Below, piece by piece: positions 12,282-24,089 of a stretch of DNA of 41,075 nucleotides; the first letter of the stretch is position 1, and each line of letters begins with the position of its first letter. This stretch comes from Octopus bimaculoides (Eukaryota): positions 67,854,442 to 67,895,516 of the forward strand of contig NC_068986.1 of NCBI RefSeq assembly GCF_001194135.2. The letters run 5' to 3'. Below the pieces are notes generated by a model that had not been told where the DNA came from, did not search any database, and saw only the letters and a list, made by a program, of their open reading frames with translations. The position numbers and the translations under genes are program-made.

Positions 12282-13942
12282 CACTGGTCTACAAGGTTTT
12301 GGTGTTTAGGAAATATACATCATTCCTGTACTAAATCGGTCTCCTGAATCCAAATATAACCTTCTTTTTGACCTATCAGATCTAGTTTTTAAGTTATTGA
12401 ACATCCCTATAGGTACAATGCATATGTGTACGTTCAGTGCGCAGTGTCCGTTATCTTATTCTAATTCTAAATATTTTTTTTTTATCCATACATTTTAGAA
12501 GTTGTGGTGAACTAAGCAATAGAAAATGAGCAAAATGTCCTCTTCAAGAAAGTGTTGCGTTAATTCTCCCAAAATATTCTGCAGAACTGTTTGCTTCTCG
12601 ACTGGAAGAAAATAATATTCTAGAGAATGGTGTCTGTATAACCTTTTATCTGAATCGGCATGAAGACTTCCTTTCTTTCTTCACAAAGGAAGAGCTGGTT
12701 TACTGCAGAGATGTCAGTGGGCTTCTAAATAAACTTGGCATTGAGGAATACAAACCAGAGGAATGGTGTCTTTTCATAGACAGCTCTAAGCGTAGTTTCA
12801 AATGTGTATTGTTGCACAACGGAAATGTGTATGACTCTGTCCCACCCAGCCACTCAACAACTCTGAAGGAAAAATATGAAGTAATTAAGTTGGTTTTAGA
12901 TAAGATACTGTATCATGACCATAAATAGGTCATCTAAGTTGACTTAAAGATGATGAGTTTTCTCATAGTACAGCAATCAAGTTATACCAAATACCCATGC
13001 TTTCTTTACATGTGGAATAGTAGAGACCAAGGAAACCACTATGTTAAAGAAAGACTGGCTGCCTCGAACAAATATGGCTCCATGTAAGGCTACCATTATT
13101 GGAAGAATCTTTAGTTGAGCGCGATAAGATCATTTTCCCCCCTTTGCACATCAAACTCGGATTGATCAAGCAGTTCGTCAAAGCTCTTGACAAAAATGGG
13201 GAGTGCTTCAAGTATATCTGCGGTTTATTTCCAGACTTGACGATTGAAAAATTTAAAGCAGGGATTTTTGATGGACCACAGGTCTGTATGCTCTTGAAGG
13301 ACACAAATTTCATGAAAGTAATGAGTGAAAAGGAAGCATCAGCTTGGCTAGCCTTTGCAAAAGTAGTGCAACATTTCCTTGGAAAACACAAAACTGAAAA
13401 CTATAAAAACCTTGTTACCAACTTGATGTCAACTTTTCGTGATATTGGAGCGAATATAAGCATCAAAATGCATTATCCTTTTAGTTATCTTGATTGTTTT
13501 CCTGAAAATCTCGGAGATGTTAGCGATGAACAAGGCGAACAATTCTATCGGGACATCAAGAAGATGGAAACTCGGTACCAAAGACGTTGGGACGCTGTGA
13601 TGATGACAGATTATTGCTGGTGTTTAAAACGGGATGTTCCTGTTGCACGGTGCACAAAGAAGCGCAAATATATTCCTTGAATTTTCTGTCAAAAATCTTA
13701 ACCAATCTACATTTTCAGTTTTTCATTTATATTTGTAATTCATTTTGTTTTGTGTTACGCTCTTTTTATTGATTCATACTATACGCCTTTTGTATGAATA
13801 AAATACTTACTCTATCAGATCTAGTCAGAAAACTAGACCTGATAGAGAAAAACTGAAGTTATTTTTGAATTTAGCAGGTAAAATCACTTAGGAATTCGTC
13901 GAAATATTCGAGGCACGACAAAACAAATTTTGTTGCCCAGTG
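12282..13942 (+). mobile_element. Chapaev3 (CMC group) DNA transposon, internally deleted and decayed
   Basis: CACTGG...CCAGTG termini with TTA on both flanks (12279-81, 13943-45), matching the TWA TSD of Chapaev3. Transposase motifs FIDSSKRS, LLHNGN, VDLKM, YPCF, PPLHIKLGLIKQFVKAL and FPENLGDVSDEQGE. The N-terminal CCVNSPKIFC is fused directly to the core. Confidence 0.8.
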
Positions 13943-13945
13943 TTA

Positions 13946-14106
13946 TATGCCTCTTGTATGAATAAAATGCTTACGCTATCAGGTGTAGTCAGAAAACTAG
14001 ACCTGATAGAGAAAGACTGAAGTTATTTTTGAATTTAGGAGGCAAAATTACTTAAGTATACATTAAAATATTCCAGGCACCCAAAAATTTTTTTTGTTGC
14101 CCAGTG
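13946..14106 (+). mobile_element. Second, diverged copy of the Chapaev3 right end
   Basis: Repeats ~13785-13942 with many substitutions and again ends ttgcccagtg followed by TTA. Confidence 0.85.
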
Positions 14107-14189
14107 TTACGATTATACACATTCACACACATATATACATGTATGTATACGTTTATACATATATGTATTTATGTATATACATATGCGTG

Positions 14190-14530
14190 GTATGGTTGAT
14201 TTTTAGCCAGAATTTGGGCAGGTTTTTTCTTGGGAAGGGGTCGTAGAAAAGAGATCGTGGGCGCTGCACATATCTAGCGTTTAAAGACTGAGCAGAGTGT
14301 GTTGTATAGGATTCAAGATGCTAAGATACAATAACGATGACTAGACGGGAGAATATTGTTGCTGTAAGTAGGATTAAGTGGAAGTAGTTCAGATTTGGCA
14401 ACTTAGAAGAACCGAAACCTTGAAGATGCAATAGAAGAGATAGGAAGAGGGGTAGAAGGAGACACTGCGTCACTGGCCGAGTGATTGATGTGTATCGATA
14501 TCGAAAGAATTATCTATTGTATTGTTGGCC
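14190..14530 (-). mobile_element. Decayed LINE ORF 3' end (L2/Jockey-like)
   Basis: By-eye remnants QSLGQ*RSVS, SYLFYCIF and terminal FWLKINH. Confidence 0.35.
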
Positions 14531-14547
14531 TTTTGGATATATTCCAG

Positions 14548-15000
14548 CTAGTGTGTGTGTATGTTAGTGTGTGTGTATGTTAGTGTGTGTGTATGTTAGT
14601 GTGTGTATCTAGTGCACTATTGTCGAGCTGTGATGTTGAATACGAATGGCGGTAAGCGATAGTGATGACAATGTTGATGGTTTCTTATATTACTGTTGTG
14701 ATAATGATGTTGGCAGTACTGATGATACACGTTAGTTGTTATTGTTACTCTAGTGTTACTGCTGTTGTCGTTACCATGGTGATTTTGTTGTAGATAATGT
14801 TGGTGTAGTGTTTTTGTTGGTGTTTGTTATTCTTGCTATGATAATAGCGGCGATTGTGTCGGTGATGATTGCAGCAGTGTTCACATTTATAGTTGCATTT
14901 GTTGTTTTGGAGGTGGCAGATGCTGGTAATACTGGTAGAGGGGATTGTGGTTGAGGTGGTAGTGGTTATGGTAGTGATTGCTTGAAGTGTAGCAACAACA
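14548..15000. repeat. 16-bp tandem (TAGTGTGTGTGTATGT) followed by degenerate GTT/GTG low-complexity tract
   Basis: Seen directly. Confidence 0.8.
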
Positions 15001-15467
15001 AACGCTAAAATATAATATTTGCATTACAATCTTTAACTCTAAAACTCCTAGCCACAATCGATATTTGATGAGTCGAAGTCAGTCATTTTCGGGATTTCTT
15101 TACATGGAAATCTCATACGTTTCAGATCAGATAAGCCCAGAACATGACAAATGTTTCCCGATTAGAGAAAACAAAAAAAAACATTTTTTACAGAGAATTG
15201 TGTGTGACAGTGTGTATGTGTGTAAATATATGTGTGGTTTGGTGTGTGCGCGTGTTTACGTGCGTGTGATCAAATAAACATAAAATTAAAATCCTTCGAC
15301 AAACGTAACTACTGACTTTTAGTTTCATTTCTTCAATTTTAAATCCAGAAAAGCTGATTATATGTAAACCTAATAATTTGTTGACTCGATTTTTTTTTCT
15401 TCTCAACATATTACATGCAGATAATGATTACTATAATCACAAAGGCGAGTTGTATTATTATTATTAT

Positions 15468-15529
<62 letters not shown>

Positions 15530-15532
<3 letters not shown>

Positions 15533-16312
15533 ATAAACGAACGTGGTCTAGGCTTGTCTTGGAAACGAGATTGCCTTCACAATGATCTGAAGCCACTGGA
15601 TATTGGTATGATAGCCTTCGGTCAGGAAAAACTTTGCGAGAATGGCCCTTTAATGCGAAGCACACAGACTGCGAGTGCTTGCTACTCGGTTCTTAGCAGA
15701 TGCGTGTGGATTTTCAGCGGTACTTCGCTCAACTGTGAGAATCTGTTGGCGAGTCTCGCTCGAACACCTCTCACATTTCTCGGCTATGGATGCATACTTC
15801 TGAAGAAGACTGATAACAGTGGAGGAGGACAGGAAATGGTGGCTGGCTGCATGACAGAGAATTCATCGACGCTAGATGGTTTACCCAACAAATTTTATCT
15901 TCATATGCTGGACTAGTTCACACTTGTTTGGGAGTCTCATGGCAGTTGTCTACTACAACTGGCAGAGAACGGGATATCTCCTAGTTCTACAAAACAAGAT
16001 GAAGTGAGTTTGCTGAGAAAGCACCTGAAAAAAGGGGGTGATTTTAGCAATTTCAGGCCAGTAACCCTAATGAAGGCAAAGTTGAAGATGTTAGCCAAGA
16101 TGTTGTCGCTTACTGTTGATATTCTGGTCGTTGAACCACAGACATACGCCATCACAAAGATATCTATTCATGAGAGCCTCCACCTCACTCGATACATCGA
16201 AGACAGGGTGCTTAAAAAAGAGCCAAATAGGTGGGTCCTTAGCTATTTAGATCAGTCGAAAACTTTTGAAAGGTTTCCAAACAAATACTTCAGAGGTTGG
16301 ATCACCGTAATG
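15530..16312 (+). mobile_element. Tx1-like L1-clade RT fragment, cut by the adjacent mariner derivative
   Basis: LDGLPNKFY, NFRPVTLMKAKLKMLAKML, QT...SIHESLHLTR and LDQSKTFERF match RT domains 0-3 of Tx1/L1. Confidence 0.8.
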
Positions 16313-16314
16313 TA

Positions 16315-17155
16315 CGTGGTCTGATCCATAATTATCCGGACTGTTGCCATAGTAACGAAGCTAAAGCACGCAGAGTAAAGCCGCATTGCACGGATTGATG
16401 TTTAACTCTGCTGTGCATACGCACTAAGTTTAAACATTGTAACTCACTTCCGCTGTTTACAGTTGTACTTGGAAGGAAGGTGTGTAGCGCGTGATTGTCG
16501 CATTGACCATGACAAACAAAGTTGAGCAGAGAATCTGCATCACATTTTGCCATCGTTCTCAACACAATCAAGGAAATCTTGTGCAACTGAAACCTGAGTG
16601 TCTTTTTGGTTAGCTGAAAGCCGTTTTGGTAAAAACTTGGCAGAGAGACGCGTCTCATACCCAAATCATCAGTGATAATGGATAGAACTGAACCGTAACT
16701 AATCTGCACATCCGCTAATAACTCACAGATGGTGATTCGACGGTTTCCCCTCACAGCTGCAAGCACATATGCGATGGTTTTCTGTTCTGCTGGTTGTGGA
16801 TCTCCCAGAACGTTCGTCAATATCAACATTTTTTTTTGGGCCATCTTGGAAACCTCTGAACGACTTGTACACTTGTGTGCAGCTCATACACTCCTCTCCA
16901 TACACTTTCCTCAACTTTCCGTAGGCTTCTAAGCAGGTATCACCATGACAACTTTGTCATAGTCAATGCGACGATCACAAGCTGCACACTTTCCTTCAAA
17001 GCTCTGCTGTAAATAGCGAAAGTCAACTAGAACGTTGAAACTTAGTACACATGCACAGCAGAGTTGAAGGTCAATCTTTGCCATGTAGCTTCACTCTGCG
17101 CACTTTAGTTTCGTTGCTATAGCAACGGTCCGGATTCTTATTGATCAAACATCTG
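16315..17155 (-). mobile_element. Non-autonomous mariner derivative with two inward-facing 5' ends
   Basis: Inverted homology of ~190-200 bp (16315-~16520 vs ~16950-17155). The plus strand begins MTNKVEQRICITFC. The minus strand encodes KVYGEECMS...DERSGR...NRRITI...ITDDLGMRRVS. No catalytic domain. Confidence 0.85.
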
Positions 17156-17241
17156 ACTGCAAAATCCCCTAAATTGCTGGCCTTGTGCCAAAATTATTAT
17201 TATTGTTGTTGTCGTTGTCGTCATCATCATCATCATCATCA

Positions 17242-17272
<31 letters not shown>

Positions 17273-17273
17273 A

Positions 17274-17321
<48 letters not shown>

Positions 17322-17551
17322 TTGTCTTTTTTTTTCTTATTTCTTCAAATTTTTTTCCATGTCTCGCCGAGTGTTTTCCGTACACCTAGGGCAGAGAAGC
17401 TCATTGCATGCATTCCCAGTTTACACACGCAAATTCACAGGTAAAATATGTATTTAAAAAAAATTAATAAATAAATAAATTCATGAATGGATGTTGTTTT
17501 CACAGCGATAATGCTCTTCTCAGTACATGAATCGTTCCAGTTAACACGATT
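17322..17551 (-). mobile_element. 3' end of Dong-like RLE LINE (family A) between (TTA)n arrays
   Basis: ORF end IVLTGTIHVLRRALSL*, then 3' UTR and (TAA)n. Confidence 0.75.
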
Positions 17552-17562
17552 TATTATTATTA

Positions 17563-17633
<71 letters not shown>

Positions 17634-17650
17634 ATTATTGTTATTGTTAA

Positions 17651-17862
17651 GGCAGCGAACTGGCGTATTCGGTAGGACGTCGGACCAAATGATCAGCGGC
17701 ATTTTGACCGTCCTTATTTTCTGAATTCAAATTCTGCCGAGGTCAACTTTGCCTTTCATCTTCTTGTGGTGGATAAAATAGTAACCAGTGAAACACCGGG
17801 GTCGATGTAATCGATTAGTGCCCTCCGACAAAATGTCAAGCCTTGTGCCATTAACAGAAACG
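17651..17862 (+). mobile_element. tRNA-derived SINE, family 2
   Basis: A-box-like TGGC.., B-box-like GAATTCAAATTC and central GCCTTTCATC..GATAAAAT, shared with about ten other copies in the window. Confidence 0.85.
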
Positions 17863-17928
<66 letters not shown>

Positions 17929-17929
17929 G

Positions 17930-18080
17930 TTCAGTAGTTTTAGTTTTATAACGTGCTTTCACTTCACTACCGAGCGCAGGTCTGTGCGCCTTGGGTATGT
18001 GCTGTGGTTTACTGTGATGCTCTTACGGTTACTGTATTGAAAGTGTTTTGCGTAGGATGTGTGCAGTGCCCAGTAGTGCA
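17930..18080 (-). mobile_element. 3' end of RLE LINE family B between (TTA)n arrays
   Basis: Reverse-complement match to ~27095-27243; ALLGTAHILRKTLSIQ* plus UTR. Confidence 0.85.
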
Positions 18081-18107
18081 TATTATTATTATTATTATCG
18101 CTTACGA

Positions 18108-18318
18108 GGGCGGCTAGCTGGCAGAATCGTTAGCACGCTGGACGAAATGCTTAGCAGTTTTCACTGTCGCTCGGTTCTGAGTGCAAATTCCCCCGAGGTC
18201 GACATTGCCTTTTATCCTTTCGAGGTCGATGAATTACGTACCAGTTACTCACTGAGGTCGATGTAATCGACTAGTTTCCTCTCTCAAAATTTCGGGGCTT
18301 GAGCCTATAGTAAAATGG
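18108..18318 (+). mobile_element. SINE family 2
   Basis: Full head-to-tail similarity to the other copies. Confidence 0.85.
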
Positions 18319-18328
18319 ATTATTATTA

Positions 18329-18430
18329 TTGAAAGCACTGGTTCTCAATGATCACCGAAGTTAAGCAACAACGTCAATCCTAGTTAGTGTTTAAATTGCT
18401 GATCGCCTGGGAAAACTAAGTGCTGTAAGC
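18329..18430 (+). pseudogene. 5S rRNA pseudogene, 5' truncated
   Basis: TTGAAAGCAC-GGTTCTC..GATCACCGAAGTTAAGCAAC..GTTAGT..CGCCTGGGAA..GTGCTGT matches recalled invertebrate 5S rRNA from about nt 18 to the end, with many substitutions. Confidence 0.85.
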
Positions 18431-18446
18431 CTCTTGTTTTTAAAAA

Positions 18447-18572
18447 AGCGATAAGCTGGCAGTATCGTTAGCACGCTGAGCAAAAATGTTCTGAGTTCAA
18501 ATCCGGCGGGGATTTTGCCCTCCATCTTTTCCGAGTCGATAAAATAAGTACCAGTGAAACGCTGGTGATGTA
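18447..18572 (+). mobile_element. SINE family 2, internally deleted
   Basis: Head plus central segment; starts ~16 bp after the 5S copy. Confidence 0.8.
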
Positions 18573-18589
18573 GTTATTATTATTATTAT

Positions 18590-19554
18590 CCTCTTCCTTC
18601 AATTTTGTTTCCATTTCTTGCCGAGCCTCTAGCCGACACTTACGGCAAAGAAACGCACTGTATAGATTGGTAGGCCATTTGGTAGGCCATTAAAATGTGG
18701 TAGAAAAAAAGGGGGAAAGAAAGACATAGAGAAAAAGAAGAAAAGAAAAAATGAAAAAGAAAGCAAAGAAAATAAAAGGGAAAGGTGAAAGAAAATTCAC
18801 AGTGACAATGTTCTTCTCAATACGTGTGACGTATCAGGTAGACAATCTTTTGCACTTTCTGCATGGATGGTAAATCAGGGATCATCGTCAAATAATTTTC
18901 AGTTCATTTTTTTTATCATTCCAAGTGCTCCTACAATCACTGGTATTGTAACCGTCTTGTGATGACACATCTTTTCGATTTCAACCAGCAAATCTTTATA
19001 TTTTCTGAGCTTATCAAATTCTTTTGCCGAAATATTATCATCACAAGGTATGCTTATGTCAATCAATAAACAGATTTTATTCGTTTGGTCTTTCACAACA
19101 ATATCTGAATTATTGGTTTTGATGATCCGGTCTGTATGTACTGGAAAGTCCCAAAGAATCGTTACATTTTCTCCCTCAGTTACAGCCTCAGTTACAGCTT
19201 GTATCATTCGTCAGGAGTTTTGATTTTATAATGCCAGCGTATTACCCAGTGTAGATATTGGCCAACTCTGTCGTGTCCTGATTTATACTCTACAGGTGCT
19301 AAAATCTTACACTCAGAGATTAGGGGGTCCGTTGTTTCAATCTCATCGCAGCAGTATCGGAACTTTGGGTCTACTCCATTTTTCATCACTTTCGCTTGGT
19401 AGTTCCGGGTCAATAAGCTCTGATATTGAGCGGCTAAGATAAAATGTTCGCTCTCTGCCTATAGCCCTGAGCACCAGGCCACTAATGCGTGTGCCTCTGG
19501 TCTACATCAGTTTGTTTGCTACATGCCACATATTTGCCACGCAGTTTTAATTCC

Positions 19555-19556
<2 letters not shown>
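18590..19556 (-). mobile_element. 5'-truncated Dong/R4-like RLE LINE (family C) with (TAA)n on both sides
   Basis: QSLLTRNYQ, decayed CCHC knuckle, HDRVGQYLHW, ILWDFPVHTD, DIVVKD..LLIDISIP, KYKDL, IPVIVGALG and LRRTLSL*. Confidence 0.92.
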
Positions 19557-19608
<52 letters not shown>

Positions 19609-19639
19609 CCAAAAGTTCAGGCTGTATGCCTATATTAAA

Positions 19640-19827
19640 GATACATAGCAGCATTTCGTCCGTCCTTACGTTTGAATTCAAATTCCGCCGAGGTAAACTT
19701 TGCCTTCATCCATTCGGATTCGATAAATTAAGTACCAGTGAAACAGTGGGGTCGATATAATCGACCTATCCTCTCCCCCAAGAATTTCAGGCTTTGTGGC
19801 TAAGTAGAAAGGAATATAATTTTTTTT

Positions 19828-19895
<68 letters not shown>

Positions 19896-20310
19896 AGGCG
19901 GCGGGCTGGCAGAATCGTTAGCACGCCAGGCAAAATACTTAGCGGTATATCGTCCGTCTTAAAGACGTTCTGAGTTCAAATAATGCTGAGGTCGATAAAA
20001 CTAAGTATCAGTTGAGTACTGGGTCGATGTAATCGACCAGTCTCTTCCCCAAATTGTCAGGCTTTGTTCCTATAGTAGAAAGGATTGTTATTAGTATTAG
20101 TAAGGCAAATTGCTGGCTGAATGGTTACGACGGAGGACAAAATACCTAGCGATAATTTCTCCGGCTCTTGTGTGCTCTGAGTTGAAATTCCACCGAGGTC
20201 GACCTTGCCTTTCATCCTTTCAGCGTCGATAAAATAAATACCAGTTGAGTACTGGGGTCGGTGTATTTGATTTACTCGCTTCGCCAAAATTTCAGACCTT
20301 GTGAGGATGA
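19640..20310 (+). mobile_element. Three tandem family-2 SINEs (~19640-19812, 19897-20083, 20104-20310) with a (TAG)n spacer
   Basis: Each has the B-box-like motif and the GTCGATAAA..AGTACCAG..GGGGTCGAT segment. Confidence 0.85.
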
Positions 20311-21997
20311 ATTATTATAAGATCGTTCTTTCGAATTCCAATATGACCAATGTTTGCGGTATTTCTGGTGTCTTGATCAACTTTTATTTGATTGTCTGCT
20401 TTTGGATCTAGACCTTGCTTCTGGTAACAGCTGTATCTGATTGATACAAACTTCGTGCCAAATTAAACCAAGCGCAATCATCCATTACGAAATGGATATT
20501 TTTTTTAATTATAGAGGATCGAATCAGAGTAAATCAATATGTGGTTAAATTAATAAATATTTAAAACATCAAAACATATATGGTGATACAAACGGTTTGT
20601 ACATTTTCATACGCATTTTCTCCTCCAGTCGGTTGTTCTTAACTTCCAAGGTGGATTGTTAGTTAATTTTCAATAGTCAAACGAAGCGAGAAATACTATC
20701 GTCAGGAATTTCACGTTTAAGCAATACGACTTACTTATCGACTCTACCACAGCACCTTACTTGCTGTGTTCTGAAGATAAAACAGTCTTTTTAGAAATAA
20801 ATTTTAAAAAGAAAACCTAAGGTATAGTAGAACTTTGGATCTTTTATCTAAGTATAATCTGATGAAAGTTAAAACAAAAGCATAATTCTATATCCAATGT
20901 GTTGCTTCCTCACATATTTTTTTTCTTTTTCACAATTTCAATTTATAATGTTTTCTAAATGGTTTTTAGGATAAATTTTGCCACGTTATTTCATTTAATT
21001 AAAATACATTTTATTTAGAATAGCTCACAGTAAATTTTCGGGGATAGATTTCGTTAGATTATCTTTCTACTTTCGAATAAGATATAGCTTATATTATGTT
21101 ATTTTTACTTTAATGTATTATATATTTTGCCTTGTTAGATCTTAAAATTCTTTGTTGATGGTAATTGAAAAAAAAAATACTTAAACGTTTACTTCAGTCA
21201 TTTTTTAAAACTTCATTTGTGGCTTTAAGCAATAGTTCCTCTATGTCGAATCAATGTTAAAGCAATTCTTGCATTCTATAAAGTTTAAAGTTGTTTAGTT
21301 TATTTAGTGAAGTATTTTGAGATACTGAAACAGTTTGCTTAATGCATGTCAATTGTTCTCTGTTTAAATAAATGTTCTGCAAATATTTCAAAACTTTTGT
21401 GAGTTATCAAGTAAACCAAAGAACGGAACTGTTGAATTATTGAGTTTTCGTTATAGGGAGGGAAAACCTTTTGCAAAGGAAAATAGCCATAATGAAGTTT
21501 AGTACGAAGAACTCACATTTGTGGCTTCTTTTGTTTTTTTGTTGTTTTTTTTTAGCTTGTTTTTCACAATTTAGTTTTAGATCCGACTTGATATCAGTGA
21601 CACGATATTACTGGCTGTATATACTTCAGATGCAGCAGTGATTTCCCATAATGTATGGCAGATATGTTGCTGAAATTAGTACTTTCACTATTTTAACTGT
21701 TAAAAAAAATTAGTTATTCATAAAGCTTTTCACCGAGATTACTTGAAGATTTTATTCTCAAATGATTATTTAGTTTGTTGCAATTTGCTGTATCATAATC
21801 CAAAACTCTACTGCTATTTAAAGTGTTTAGGTATATTTAACTACTCTCAGTTCAATTATGCTGATGAAAACGCTACAGATTTATAGTTACACACACGTGT
21901 ATACATGCCCACATACATACATACATACATACATACATACAGACTATAGAGCCAACCAGACAGACAGGCTGACAGATAGACTGATAGATAAATAGAG

Positions 21998-22752
21998 ACA
22001 TAACAAATAGTTGACAAGTGAAATGTAAAGCAAGTTAAATACAGGCTAGTTGCTGTATCAACTGATTGAATTTCTAAATTGATAGAGACCGTTATTTGGC
22101 TGAAAGTTATATTAATTTCGTCCTTTAAATACATAAGATTTATCAGGGATCTTCTCTTCCAGACTCAATAAGTTCGGAAGCCAGCTTCTTTCTGTCAAAA
22201 GTATATGGCAGAGCAGCGTGTTGGCCTTAATAAATATGTTGTGAATAAGTTTGATTCTTGCTAAAGTAGACAGATTGCTGTGGTGGCGGTTAAGCAATTA
22301 TGAAATAGTAGTATAGTTGAATAATCCAAGATGTACAATATCTAGTATGTTACGTTAACAGCTTTCATGACAGAATTTTCTGTGAATATTGATGCATCGT
22401 ACATGAAAACCACCTTGTGGTTAGTGCGCATCAAAAACTCTTCTTGAATGAAAAGAATTCTTATATGAATGATTCCTTTAAGGAAATTCTTCATAATAGC
22501 TGATAACAATGGTATTGATTAACGTTTAGAACTATGACACAAGGTGAAATGTCAAACGAGTAAAACCTATAAATTCAGATGTAACATTCACAGAATATCA
22601 TTAAAAAATGAACTGAATTTCAAACAATGGCTGTTCTTATTATCTATGATATGAGACTAACCACTGACAACATAACAAATAGTTGATAAGTGAAATGTAA
22701 AGCAACTTAAATACAGGCTAGTCGCTGTATCAACTGACTGAATTTATAAATT
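21998..22752 (+). repeat. 83-bp direct repeat (21998-22080, 22670-22752)
   Basis: Five mismatches in 83 bp counted by eye. Confidence 0.9.
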
Positions 22753-22999
22753 ATAATCAGGCTATACATTATGACTGATTCTGGACTATAATCATATATC
22801 TGATATGGAGGAAATAATATATTGTAAAGTACATGTATATAATTCTAACCGATTAGATCGCTTCACAGAGTATTTGATGAAGCATTTTATCTTCTCAGTA
22901 ATATTAAACAATGTCTAACAACATCGAATAAACAACACTGCGCAAAGTTCAATACTGTGTAATAGTAAGTGCATGTGCATGTGTGAGGGTATTTGAATG

Positions 23000-23152
<153 letters not shown>

Positions 23153-24089
23153 GTATTCTTATGTACATTCTCATACCATGAAGTAATAAGTAAATTTAAC
23201 TGTTAACTGAAAATGCAATCCGGTTTCGAGTCTTGATTCAATTTATTTCACTTCACTTAGGCTGATAAACCCATTGATATGCACTTGAATACCGCACAAT
23301 ATGTGCATGAATAATAAACAGATAGTTAAGTAAAGTAGCGTTAGCACATTTGATTCTGGAAGCATAAAAAAATACTCACTAGAGTTACATGTATGCTGAC
23401 GAATAAACAATATTAGTCAATGAGTAGTAGTATTTCATTTTCTCGGCAAGTATGGGAATAGACAGTGACACGTTTCGGTTTTATCAATAAACCAATGTAT
23501 TTGTGCATAAAGTAGTGTTTACGGAGAATAATTCATAGATCACAATGATTCACAACAAATATTTAACTGATTTTATACGATTCTATTGAGATTGTTCGTC
23601 TTTTCGTATTCCCTTCATGACATATTCTAATGTACAGCTACATTAATTAGGAATTGTTGAATATAATTGTTACATGTCTTTCGTGATTATTCTTATAACA
23701 TTTGCCTCTTTAATGATTCAAGTTTCTGCACCAGTACAAATGTATTAGCAAGATATACTGGAATTATTGTAAGTGATTCGATTAATAGAACACCCGGTTT
23801 CTGTCTGACGGATACAGTTTCTACCCAGATGCTCTATTATTGGAAAAATACTTCAGTTTTGATGAATGCAGCACTGATAATGCAAACTTTATATGCAGAT
23901 TTTATACTGAAATATACATTTCTAACGCTAATTCAAAAGTATTCACTAGGTATTTCATAAATGCACTAAAATCAATAACCATTAATCTTACACTGTGATA
24001 ATCATTGTTAAACTATTGGTTTATGAATTAATCAGAGAAATGTTCAAGAATGTCATACATACTTGCAAAGAAAAAGATATTAATATCGG

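Noticed and set aside
12282-12300. RSS-like heptamer/nonamer in the Chapaev3 TIR
   Set aside because: Only CAC is shared with the RSS heptamer, and the A-run spacing does not match 12/23.
17160-20310. Repeat-and-unique alternation resembling a CRISPR array
   Set aside because: The repeats are microsatellites and the spacers are SINE/LINE pieces of variable length. The DNA is eukaryotic and has no cas genes.
21998-22752. TRIM or solo-LTR interpretation of the direct repeats
   Set aside because: No TG..CA termini, PBS, PPT or TSD.
23200-23500. Two GAAACCGG/GAAACGTGTC hammerhead-like half motifs on minus
   Set aside because: The CUGANGA half is missing or too degenerate, and no adjacent PLE coding evidence was found.
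23660-23990. Signal-peptide-like and lectin-like peptides (also at 28.6-28.9 and 29.3-29.6 kb)
   Set aside because: Early stops and no coherent exon structure. Hydrophobic runs are expected from T-rich DNA.
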